Of a stretch of 64,000 nt of DNA, positions 54,049-63,568 are shown one piece after another. This DNA comes from Candidatus Bathyarchaeota archaeon. Lineage in GTDB: Archaea > Thermoproteota > Bathyarchaeia > Bathyarchaeales > DTEX01. Each line of letters opens with the position of its first letter. Position 1 is the stretch's first letter. The notes below the pieces were generated by a model, which saw only the letters and a program-made list of their open reading frames with translations, was not told the DNA's origin and searched no databases. The stretch is taken from assembly GCA_963714275.1 (NCBI GenBank), contig CAVQNT010000002.1:288001-352000 (forward strand), read 5' to 3'. The translations under genes were made by a program, and so were the position numbers.

Positions 54049-55087
54049 TTGGAAAGCAAAGAAGAACATATGGAAAAAGAATCATCCCTTGGGCTCTTTG
54101 AGAAATACTTGACTGTTTGGATAGCGCTGTGCATAGTCGCAGGATTGCTTGTCGGAAGATTTCTGCCAGAATTTGGACAATTTATGGACTCTCTAAAATT
54201 TAGACAACTTTCAATTCCAATAGGCATTCTCCTATTCTTCATGATGTACCCCACGGTCGTGGGAATCCGGTTCAGCGACATAAAAAAAAGCAGCAAACAA
54301 TCCTAAACCCTTACTTGTCACTATCATTGCTAATTGGGTTATTGCTCCACCTCTGATGACGCTTTATGCAAACACTGTCTTAGCCGGCAATCCTCAGTAC
54401 ATCGCAGGGTGCATACTTCTCGGGCTATCTCCTTGCACAGCCATGGTTATGTGGTGGATGTTTCTTGCAAAAGGCGACATGGCACAGGGACTCATCAACA
54501 CAGCAGTCAACGCTTTGTTAATGCTCTTTCTGTATGCTCCACTTGCAGCCTTTTACTTGGGCGTAAGTAGTATACCTGTACCTTTGGACTTGATTGCTAT
54601 CAGTGTTTTGGTTTTCATAGCATTACCTGTAGCATCAGGCGCTATTTCAAGAAAGATAATATTAGAAAGAAAAGGAGAAGAATGGTTCAGCAGCACATAT
54701 CAACCAATTGTCGCAAAAATATCTATCATCGCCTTATTGACTACTTTAATAGTGCTTTTTTCCTTTGAAGGAGAAATAATAATTAATAATCCTCTCTTGG
54801 TCGCCTACCTTGCAGCACCAAATCTTATGCATTACGCCACCATGATCACGTGGACTTATCTTCTCGGATACTTTGCAGGCTGGAAATATGAGACAGCCAT
54901 AGATACCACGCTTATCGGGTCAAGCAGCCACTTCGAAGTCGCCATAGCCGTAGCCACAACACTTTACGGCATCGGATCAGGAGCAGCCTTAGCAACAGTC
55001 ATAGGACCATTAATGGAAGTACCCTTAATGCTTTCACTCGTAAAACTTGGCCTTCGCACCAGAAAATACTTTCCAAGAAAGAAATAG
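54049..55087 (+). CDS. acr3: Acr3 arsenite efflux permease; frameshift in A-run near 54285
   Basis: FEKYLTVW, MMYP, SPCTAMV, HFEVAIAVA, GPLMEVPLML. Confidence 0.92.
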
Positions 55088-55311
55088 TAGCTGACTCACG
55101 TTATTTTGATTGCCTGTAATAGAAGTCGTCTGAAGTGTGTTTTAGGAAAGTTTTTCTGCACTTTAGCTGAAAGGGTTAGCTGTTGATCTTGTCGTTTAGA
55201 TTTATGATGTAGAATATAAAACCCCGATTTATGATTATTTCGTGAAAATAAGTTAAATATGGTCTTTTTAACATAGTTTTCAACCCCAATCGATTGTTAA
55301 CAGTGGTGGTG

Positions 55312-55341
55312 GTGCATTGATTTTTAATTCCAAAACCAAAC
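55312..55341 (+). repeat. Junction motif GTGC + core + C-rich arm
   Basis: GTGCATTGATTTTTAATTCCAAAACCAAAC. Confidence 0.6.
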
Positions 55342-55380
55342 TTTCTCTTTCTGTAATTTATTTTTTCACGGTAAGCTTTT

Positions 55381-56029
55381 ATGAACCTGCAACTAAGAGA
55401 ATTTTGGATGAATATGCGGTCTTTATACAATGAACCTGCGATGGTCATTCCTTTTAAACATTATAAACATGATGGCAAAGTCGTCATATACTACGGGAAG
55501 AATGAAGATCCAGTTGAAGCTGGCTTCGACATCATTCCTAACTTAAATTTTGACATCAATTTGTGCCGTGGATTTCCAGTGATGCATGCTAGAATAGAAT
55601 ATTCAGGTCTTGGATACCGGCAGTTATTTGGCTGGATTCAGATAATAACAGATGAGTATTACCAGTCAGGCGAAAAAGGAAAGGTTAAGAAATCAGTTGT
55701 TGTTGATGTTGTTCCGTCAATGCAGGGCTTTGGTTTTCCATTTGCATCTTTCGGGTACCTGCCAGAGATGTTTGATGCACCTTGCTATAACATTGGAAAT
55801 TACGTTAAGCTGAAGATGGGTTGCGGACACTTTCCTAACAACCGTTCCCGGAAGGTCTATTGAAGAGAAGATATCGTGCATAAAGGGTTTCCGTTGGGGA
55901 TGCATTGAGTATGCAAATCCTAAACAGAACCCTCCTTCAATACTGCCGTTACAAGCCATCAGCAAAGATGTTTGGAACAGCCATCTCCAACTACTTAAAA
56001 AGCAATTTAAGAAATGGAAATTTTTGTAA
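55381..56029 (+). CDS. Hypothetical cargo protein; frameshift near 55815
   Basis: GFPVMHA..GWIQ..FDAP, continuing W.ADTFL..GFRWG in the next frame. Confidence 0.6.
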
Positions 56030-56062
56030 TATACACACGGGGACATGCAATGACATAGATAC

Positions 56063-56215
56063 GTTGGTTTAGGGTTTGGTTTAGGGATTAGATTATAATT
56101 TTTTCTTCTTTCTTGTTACGTTATGTTCTCTTCTGTTCTGTGTGCTCTCTATACTCTACTCTCTACACTACTCTATTCTGCACAAAAAAACACAAATAAA
56201 AAACACACACAACGC
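56063..56215 (+). repeat. Junction motif G-rich arm + core + long pyrimidine arm
   Basis: GGTTTAGGGTTTGGTTTAGGG-ATTAGATTATAAT-..GTTCTCTTCTGTTCTG..CTCTCTACACTACTCTA; the arm is an inverted homolog of 62541-62635. Confidence 0.8.
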
Positions 56216-56251
56216 AAAGCTCAGCTAGAATTAAAATGTTAGTAATTCAAA

Positions 56252-57307
56252 TTAACGGGTTTGTTCGTTGCCCCAAATGCCATGTGAAGGTTCAGGCTCC
56301 ACATATTTTCTTACTCTGACATTATCAAATCTAGAATAAGAGCCATAATGGTTTTGGAGAGATATTTCTCCAGAGGCAGTGTATTGGGAGTCTGTGGCAG
56401 TGGACTTTAGCACTCCATTACTGTAAATCCTAAAAGTCGATCCATAGATGACAAGTTTTACTTTTTGCCATTGGTTTGGGATACCGAATCTAGTAACAGA
56501 TGAGCCGAACGCTTGCCAATTATTATATGGAGGTTTCATCCAAGGCGACTCAGTTCCTGAACGACAATCCCACCTGCCTTTATACCCAGTGTTCAAACTA
56601 AAGGTTCCTCTAAACCCTATCTCAGGAAGTGCTTCAGTAGACGGGTAAACGTCAGCTTCTATAACGCCATTCAAGAACCCAGAATAACTTGCGTTAGAAC
56701 CAAGAACAGTGTGACCATAAGGGCTAGAGGTTACTCCTCCACCACAGACTAGATAACCTGATTCAATATAGATGTTAACACCGTTTTTGTGTTTTGTCCA
56801 TTTGCTCAAGTCTCCGCTAAAATCGTCAAAGAATATGAAGGTATTATATCCACTGCTTGTTGTAGTTGCTATGGAGTTGCCATAATAAAGATAAATTGTT
56901 TGAGCTTGTCCAGTTAAGTTGCCTGCTATCTCTACCCAAAAAGTTGCATTCTTACTAACATTCAAAGATTCCCGCCAATAATCCAATAGAATTCCGTCTA
57001 TAGTAGTGAATCGGATATCACCGAAATCGGTTCTAACCTTATTATTAATATACACGGTCTCTCCGTTGTCAGTTCCAGTACCATTTACTACAACAATCCT
57101 AATCTGGTAGTTAGTTCCCGCGTTTGTTCCAATCCCACTAATAATATGACTTTTTCGATAATTCCAATTATTATTAAACCACATTCTTACTATAGTTTGA
57201 GTGAAGTTAAGTGATTGTATTTCGTAAACAAAAGCGTATACTGCAGGTATTGAGATGCTCAAGATAATTAATATGATCCCTGCAATTTGAAGCCCCCTTC
57301 TCGTTAT
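56252..57307 (-). CDS. Secreted DUF2341/lectin-like domain protein
   Basis: Signal peptide (frame open to an ATA at 57307 after GGGGGA); WNYRKSH, DFGDIRFT, IYLYYGN, FFDDF. Confidence 0.8.
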   Translation of the reverse strand: MTRRGLQIAGIILIILSISIPAVYAFVYEIQSLNFTQTIVRMWFNNNWNYRKSHIISGIGTNAGTNYQIRIVVVNGTGTDNGETVYINNKVRTDFGDIRFTTIDGILLDYWRESLNVSKNATFWVEIAGNLTGQAQTIYLYYGNSIATTTSSGYNTFIFFDDFSGDLSKWTKHKNGVNIYIESGYLVCGGGVTSSPYGHTVLGSNASYSGFLNGVIEADVYPSTEALPEIGFRGTFSLNTGYKGRWDCRSGTESPWMKPPYNNWQAFGSSVTRFGIPNQWQKVKLVIYGSTFRIYSNGVLKSTATDSQYTASGEISLQNHYGSYSRFDNVRVRKYVEPEPSHGIWGNEQTR

Positions 57308-57317
57308 CCTTTCCCCC

Positions 57318-57740
57318 TTAGTTAATAATGCCTATGATAAGGGAGAGTATGGATGCTATGCCTGCTGATACTAGGAAAGACATCATCATAGTATTATTTA
57401 TGGTTAGAGGAAAAACGGGCGTTGTAAACCCGCTTATTGGTAGGTATACAGCTAATAATAATACTGCCCATATGCCGAATGTTACCAAAAAAATGTAATA
57501 GGGGGCTTTCTGCCTTACAGCCCCAGCGGATTTTAGGGTACCTACAGTTTTTGGCATGAAGCCTTGCTCAGAGGAGATTAAGGCTTTTCTGACTTTCTCG
57601 GTACTTATGATTTGTTTAGATTCCGTGAAGAACTCTTCTGCTCTCTCCTTAACTACGGTCATCTTTTCTTCTGAGAGCAGAGCTTTTGCTGCTTCAATAG
57701 TCCTTTCAAGGTTCCTTACTGAGTCCAAGGCTTCTCCCAC
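57318..57740 (-). CDS. Membrane protein with two C-terminal TM helices
   Basis: Hydrophobic C-terminus; lies between the two secreted genes. Confidence 0.6.
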   Translation of the reverse strand: MGEALDSVRNLERTIEAAKALLSEEKMTVVKERAEEFFTESKQIISTEKVRKALISSEQGFMPKTVGTLKSAGAVRQKAPYYIFLVTFGIWAVLLLAVYLPISGFTTPVFPLTINNTMMMSFLVSAGIASILSLIIGIIN

Positions 57741-57751
57741 CGAAACTAGGT

Positions 57752-58291
57752 CTAAGTACTTTCTGCTGTGGCTGTAATTGTCACGGTTGTTGCATGATCG
57801 GCTGAAACTGGCTTTGCAGTAGTGGTAACTTCAAAGTCGAAAGTCCAAGATCCTAGAACATCCAGATTGATTGCGCCCGAGTTTGGTGAAGTTAACGACA
57901 GAGTGGCTACGGTTTCACCTAATGTATGTGTGCTTCCTGCGGGTTTTGTGGCAATTTTTACAACAACATTAAATGTTGAGTACCATGTGCTTTGACTAGC
58001 CAAGTCACTGCTAGATAAATGCATGTAAACATTAGCTTCAGTTGTTACAATTGTAATGGCTGCACCAAGGTTCGAGCTATTCACCTTCGTATAAAGTAAT
58101 GTTTGTCCTTCTTTCAAGACACCAAAGGAAGAGCTACTTAGAGTTATGGTAGCAATTTCCTTTATCGTCTGAGTTAATGTTAGCTGCGCGGTTTCATAGA
58201 CATAGGCCGAGACCGAGGTGATGGTGATGCTCAACAGTACGAATAATATGCCGATTAGAGTTTTCCTTTTCATTTTCATAATATATTTCAC
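57752..58291 (-). CDS. Secreted Ser/Thr-rich beta protein, candidate filament subunit
   Basis: Signal peptide ending VSA, then YVYETAQLTLTQTI; GGAGTG RBS. Confidence 0.7.
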   Translation of the reverse strand: MKYIMKMKRKTLIGILFVLLSITITSVSAYVYETAQLTLTQTIKEIATITLSSSSFGVLKEGQTLLYTKVNSSNLGAAITIVTTEANVYMHLSSSDLASQSTWYSTFNVVVKIATKPAGSTHTLGETVATLSLTSPNSGAINLDVLGSWTFDFEVTTTAKPVSADHATTVTITATAEST

Positions 58292-58825
58292 TCCTTTTGT
58301 TCCTGAACAAACCTTCTAATTTTAACTATTTAAACCATTTCTAACAAATATGGACAGCATTTACCTTTTATGGAAAAAAACACGTTCATTTTGCCAAATA
58401 ACGCTAGAAATGAACATATATACCTGAAAACAATATTCAGCATCAATATCACTTGTCCATAAAGGTTCCAATCCGTCCATTCCTTAGTTTACAGAAAAGG
58501 CTAATTTTGGGGTATTATTTGTTATGAATTATTAATCCATATCTAGCTCGCTACCAGAAAAATGGATCAAACAAGCCTAGGAATCCGAGATTCTCTTTCA
58601 TGCCTTAGGTACTTAGCAAACAATAAAGCTCCTCGTTAATCAAGGTTTCAATGGTCTATCTTTTGCCGACTTTTATTCTTGCTAGCTAGCTATGTGTATG
58701 ACTTTTTTCAATTCCAATAATCCTCATTAACGTAACCAAATCAGACTCTGGCTATCGTAGCTTCTGTTCCTTTTTTAGGAAAGGATATATTTTTGGCTAA
58801 TATCATAATTCTGGAAGTGTTGGAT

Positions 58826-59281
58826 ATGGTAAAGGCGCTTATTCTGTATCATTCGCAAGAATTTGGTAACACTGCTGTTATGGCGGAGGCGCTTGCTGAA
58901 GGATTAAGAACTGCTGGCTGTGAAGTCGATTTATTTAACACAAATGATAAGCGCTTCGACCTAACAGAATTCCCTAAATATGACTGCGTAGCCTTCGGCT
59001 CACCAAATTACTACAGCTACATAGCGGGTGGATTAAAGACCTTTATGGATGACCATTACATCCAAGACGTCCGCAAGGGTTTAAAAGGAATTAAGGGAAA
59101 ACCTTACGCCCTTTTCTGTTCACATGGCGGAGGCACTGAAGTAAAGTCAGTGATGGAGGATATCTTCAAACGAGTGGGCACTCAAATTGGAAAAACTGTT
59201 GGATCATATGGAAAGCCAACTCTAGAAGTCTTGAACCAATGCAGAACTTTAGGTAAGAAACTTGCAGAGTCAGTTTCTTGA
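58826..59281 (+). CDS. Flavodoxin-family protein
   Basis: YHSQEFGNT, FGSPNYY, FCSHGGG. Confidence 0.88.
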   Translation: MVKALILYHSQEFGNTAVMAEALAEGLRTAGCEVDLFNTNDKRFDLTEFPKYDCVAFGSPNYYSYIAGGLKTFMDDHYIQDVRKGLKGIKGKPYALFCSHGGGTEVKSVMEDIFKRVGTQIGKTVGSYGKPTLEVLNQCRTLGKKLAESVS

Positions 59282-59490
59282 GTGAGCTAGCTAATTTGTA
59301 TCGATCAATCAACCTAGGACTTAATATATTTTTATCTAGAATCGTCTGGTCGTCAGCTCTTCCTATGCTTGTGCTGACTGTTTGACCAGCTGATTTATGA
59401 TGCGAAATTTATCCCTGTCTAAAAGTATCGAAAGAGTTAGATGATAGGATTTCAAGAGAAATGTGAAAAGTAAATGGCGCTGGACTCGAA

Positions 59491-60228
59491 TTGTATGATT
59501 TGAATGGACTTGAATGGTTGATAGTCTCGATATGTGCGCTTATGATTGGTCTTACTAAAACAGGAATTCCTGGTTTAGGTATTTTGGTTGTTTCGTTGAT
59601 GGCAAGCGTGTTTCCAGCTCGCGTCTCAACCGGCATAGTTCTTCCCATGCTGATGTTTGCAGACGTTTTCGCTGTGGGCTACTATCGCCGTCAAGCGGTT
59701 TGGTCTCATCTCTTACGTGTTATGCCATGGACTGTTTGTGGCGTTGTTCTAGGCTACCTGTTGCTGGGAACGGTTAACGATCAGCAGTTGAAACCCTTCA
59801 TAGGAATCATTGTGTTAGTTATGCTTGGAGTAAACTGGTGGTGGGAGCGGAAAAGCGAAAAAGTGTCAATTCCAACACGGTGGTGGTTTGCTGCAGGAAT
59901 CGGTGTAATCGCTGGCGTAACCACTATGATGGCTAACGCTGCAGGCTCCTTTATGGTAATTTATCTCTTAGCCATACGTTTGCCTAAAACCGAATTCATA
60001 GGCACAGGCGCTTGGTATTATCTTGTTTTGAATTGGTTTAAGGTTCCGTTCAGCTTAAGTCTCAGGCTCATAGATAGCCAATCATTACAATTCGACCTGA
60101 TTCTTTTTCCAGCAGTCGCCATCGGCGCATTAAGTGGCATAATAATACTGAAACATGTATCAGAAAAAAGATTCACAGTAATATTAGAAATCCTGACTGC
60201 AGCCGCTGCGTTTAGCCTTCTCTTGTAA
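59491..60228 (+). CDS. TauE/SafE-family permease
   Basis: GLTKTGIPGLG, TMMANAAG, NWFKVPF. Confidence 0.85.
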   Translation: MYDLNGLEWLIVSICALMIGLTKTGIPGLGILVVSLMASVFPARVSTGIVLPMLMFADVFAVGYYRRQAVWSHLLRVMPWTVCGVVLGYLLLGTVNDQQLKPFIGIIVLVMLGVNWWWERKSEKVSIPTRWWFAAGIGVIAGVTTMMANAAGSFMVIYLLAIRLPKTEFIGTGAWYYLVLNWFKVPFSLSLRLIDSQSLQFDLILFPAVAIGALSGIIILKHVSEKRFTVILEILTAAAAFSLLL

Positions 60229-60391
60229 GACTAGAATACTCGTAATGGATGAGGGTAAAAAGAAGCAGTTATCAAAGTAAAATAGTTAGACTGCCCTATT
60301 AGAAAGTTGGCAATGAAGCTAAACTGGACTTATAGGCTAGCTAACTCGGTTGGTTTGTAGTAGCAGAATATATTGAACCATCTGCAAAAAA

Positions 60392-61862
60392 TCAAGGGAA
60401 CTTAACGACGCCCGTTGTGCCATCGCTCAGGTAGCCGTTCAGTAGTTCGATGACGTGGTCGCCGTGATGAGGAAGCTTCCAGGCCCTGTGGTACAGAAAT
60501 CTCCTAAAGTCTGGATAGTATCCGGCCTTAACGAAGAAGGCTATCCCATCGTATAAATTTCTGAACAGGGGATCCTTCTGATCGTAGTCGAACGTGGGTA
60601 GGTTGTCTAGGTTGTCCTTTTTCTCCACGTTCGGGTTGCTGCGCAGGTAGCCGCTGTAGGCGAGCTTCCTCTCCATTAAGAGCGCTGAGGCGGATCTGAC
60701 TAAGTATGATTGGACATCCCCCCATTCTTGGTGCCTAAACACGGGATGGACGCCCTGGACGTGGGCTTTCCCCTCCTGGATGGACTCGATCAGGTTCAAT
60801 GTGGCGATGCGGAAGTGTTTGCCGCCTGTATCTTGTATTTCGACCTCGGCGATGTTGTCTGGCTTGTACTTGTAGGGCTTGCCCTCCAGCTGTCCGAAGC
60901 TCTGAGGGTACAGGTGCGACTGCAGCCGTTCCTTCCTAACGACTACAATCTTTCCATCCCCCGTGAAAATCGAGGCGCATTCGTTTTCGTCGAAGAACAG
61001 GAAGCGCGCCTTGTTAGCCTGTATGTCTGTTCCCATGCAGCTGCCAGAGCCTAGCCCGAAGAACAGCATCTCAAAGCCCATGTACAGTTTGCTTGGGTCC
61101 ACGTTCGATTCGATCTGCTTGGATAGATCACCCAATCGTTGCCCCAATTCCGCATTGAGCTTATTGTACGGCATGAGATCGCCAACAAGGCCGAAGATGT
61201 TTACGAAGTCATAGCTGAAGTAGACGAAAAGATCGCAGTACCTTGTGTAGAGTTCCTTTGCCGTTAGCCTGGGTAGGCTCGCAACCTTATCGTCACTATT
61301 CGAGTCGCTGTAGTTCGGCCAGGAAATCGTTAGGTCCCAGAAGACATATGGAACCAGAAAGATGTCGATGCGGAAGTTCTTCACGTTCGCGTCGATGTTT
61401 ATTCCGGGGGAGGGATTGTAGGTGATTGCGTGGTCTGGGTACACCTTGTTCTCGAATTCCATTCGAGCCCTCAATCCGCCGTCGATCCAGCGGATGTCCG
61501 TGACCTTCTTCGAGTACCAGTCGTGGAAGTAGATGTCTCCCAGGTTCGGCTGAAGCTGAATGAGGCCGCTGAATCCGCCCCCTGAACCCTGGAAACCGCT
61601 GAAGTCCACGCGCACGACGAAATCTCCAGGCTCCGCAGGATCATTAACCTCCAGTACACTTGATGTTGTTATTCTTCGATGGATCATGTTTCTTGATGAC
61701 ATCCTGCATTGAAGACTTGAACAAGGCGAACATTATCAGGTTCTCGGAGCCATCTGAGAGCCTCAGGTCGATCATCTGGCCATCGAAGCGAATGGAGAGG
61801 CACTCGAAGAAATTGCGTAGAATAACGGGCACGTCCGCGTCCGTGAGCGTGACGGTCTTCAC
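60392..61862 (-). CDS. High-GC hypothetical protein with DUF3892-like motif; 5'-truncated and frameshifted near 61690
   Basis: YLRSNPN...DNLDNLP; GC visibly higher than flanks. Confidence 0.55.
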
Positions 61863-61950
61863 GGAATTATCATGCGCAACCTTGCTTTTCTAGCTTTCCA
61901 CCACGCGCGTGTTTGGTGTCAGATAACTTGGTAGTGGAGCGTGATTGATT

Positions 61951-61989
61951 GTTTGGGTTTGGAATTAAAATTTAATCTTTCTCTCTCTC
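61951..61989 (+). repeat. Junction motif G-rich arm + core + pyrimidine arm
   Basis: GTTTGGGTTTGGA-ATTAAAATTTAAT-CTTTCTCTCTCTC. Confidence 0.75.
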
Positions 61990-62249
61990 AAGTAATATAT
62001 ACAAACAATCAAACGAAAGCCCCGTTTGAATTCCCCGTTTACCCGTCGCCACTAATCCTCCAGAATTCATATGTCTTCGACCTGCGCGCGCGCTGTAATC
62101 TGAGAGAGAGAGAGTGCTTTTGGTTCTACCAAAAATTTTAAGATTAGTTCGACATGAAATTACAATGTCAAGGGGAATTCCAGCATATTATCTTTCTGGA
62201 TTCTTCCTAGGCAAATAAACTTTAAAGGAATAAAGGAGGTGAGTGAAAA

Positions 62250-62534
62250 ATGATCTTTGTCTCTTTGAATAAGTTCAGGGGCAAGGCAACAAAAGAAGAC
62301 ATTGAGAAGACGAACAAGATTCTTGCCAGTGAGCCTAAGGTTAAAGTTCTAGCGTTCTATTGGACTCTTGGAAGGTACGACTCAATATTGATCCTCGAGG
62401 CACCTAATGAGAAGACTGTAATGAAGATACTTGTGCAGGCTGGGGAATATGTAACAACCGAAACAATGGTTGCCGTTCCAAGAGAAGAAGCAGTAAAGAC
62501 TTTTATAAATAAATGCTTGTGGGTACTCAGCTAA
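62250..62534 (+). CDS. GYD-domain protein
   Basis: FYWTLGRYD..EAPNE..TETMVA; GGAGGTGA RBS. Confidence 0.85.
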   Translation: MIFVSLNKFRGKATKEDIEKTNKILASEPKVKVLAFYWTLGRYDSILILEAPNEKTVMKILVQAGEYVTTETMVAVPREEAVKTFINKCLWVLS

Positions 62535-62540
62535 CTTTCC

Positions 62541-62637
62541 TTTTTTTATACAGAGAGTAGAGTAGTGTAGAGAGCACATATAACAGAACAGAAGAGAACG
62601 TAACAGAACGAGAGAGAGAAAGATTAAAATTTAATGA
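62541..62637 (-). repeat. Core + long pyrimidine arm (candidate empty site)
   Basis: Reverse complement aligns to 56087-56190. Confidence 0.8.
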
Positions 62638-62871
62638 AAAAATCTTTCAATGACCAATATCACTAACTACTGTATCGTTGATTAAATTCTTTTTTGTGAT
62701 TCAAAATACTTCTTTAATGGCTCTGGAAGGTCGTTCATTAATCTTGGATTAATTTCAAAAATTTATGGATATGTTCATATTCAAATTAGTTATAGTCGAT
62801 ATTGAACAAATTAAGCTCTTGAACACGCATTGCGAGCTTCGCCAGAAGCCAGTCAACATTCAATCATAAAA

Positions 62872-62914
62872 TGTGTGTGTGCATTAAATTTTAATCCCAA
62901 CCCGACCCAAACCC
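62872..62914 (+). repeat. Junction motif GTGC + core + C-rich arm
   Basis: TGTGTGTGTGC-ATTAAATTTTAAT-CCCAACCCGACCCAAACCC. Confidence 0.75.
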
Positions 62915-63070
62915 ACGTGCTGACGCTTTCTCATATCCTCATACTGAGGGAATTAATTTACTAATCAATCAAACAAACAGACTGACAGGGGAGACGCCTC
63001 TCCTCCTCCACTAGAAAAAGAAAGTCTTTTTATCTAGTTTCATTGAAATAATGATTTGGAGTGTTTTAAT

Positions 63071-63386
63071 ATGCCTCTATTCTTGTCGATTTCAAGGCAC
63101 ATGCCAGAAAACTGTCCCGTATTCAACGCAAAAACAAGAAAGGTCTACATGAACTGGTATAGCAAGCCTAGAAGGAATATTGAAGAAACATGGAGTGAGG
63201 CTAATTTGGGGGGGAAGTGTCTATACAGAACATCTGAGCGTCTATGTATTCGAAGCCCCAAGTTTAGAAGCCTTCCAAAAAGCTACCTTTGAACCAGATT
63301 TCGACGCAATACACGAGTACGAAACAGTCGAAACCAAATTAGTGGCAAGCATGGAAGATGCCATGAAAACGCTAAGTGAGCTATAA
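63071..63386 (+). CDS. Small dimeric alpha/beta-barrel-like protein; frameshift near 63165
   Basis: RHMPENCP...KKHGVRL..EH..VFEAPSLEAF. Confidence 0.6.
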
Positions 63387-63568
63387 TCTCAAACCCAAAA
63401 AAACCCAAAATCTCTTCTTTTTTTCTTAATTCCAAATAACTGTAACTTTTTTATGTCAAATCTGATAATCTGGAATCCATGTTTTTAGTGAGCTGAGCTA
63501 GCTAACAGAGAGACGGACGGACAGACAAGAGACTATTCTAACTTATTTTTCAATAGACTAGCGCGCGC

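Noticed and set aside
56065-56086. Telomere-like repeat or G-quadruplex
   Set aside because: Too few intact G-runs; better explained as an arm of the junction motif.
12574-62914. Classical integron with attC sites
   Set aside because: No RYYYAAC...GTTRRRY hairpins seen, cassettes are dispersed, and no IntI-specific insertion was recognised in the integrase.
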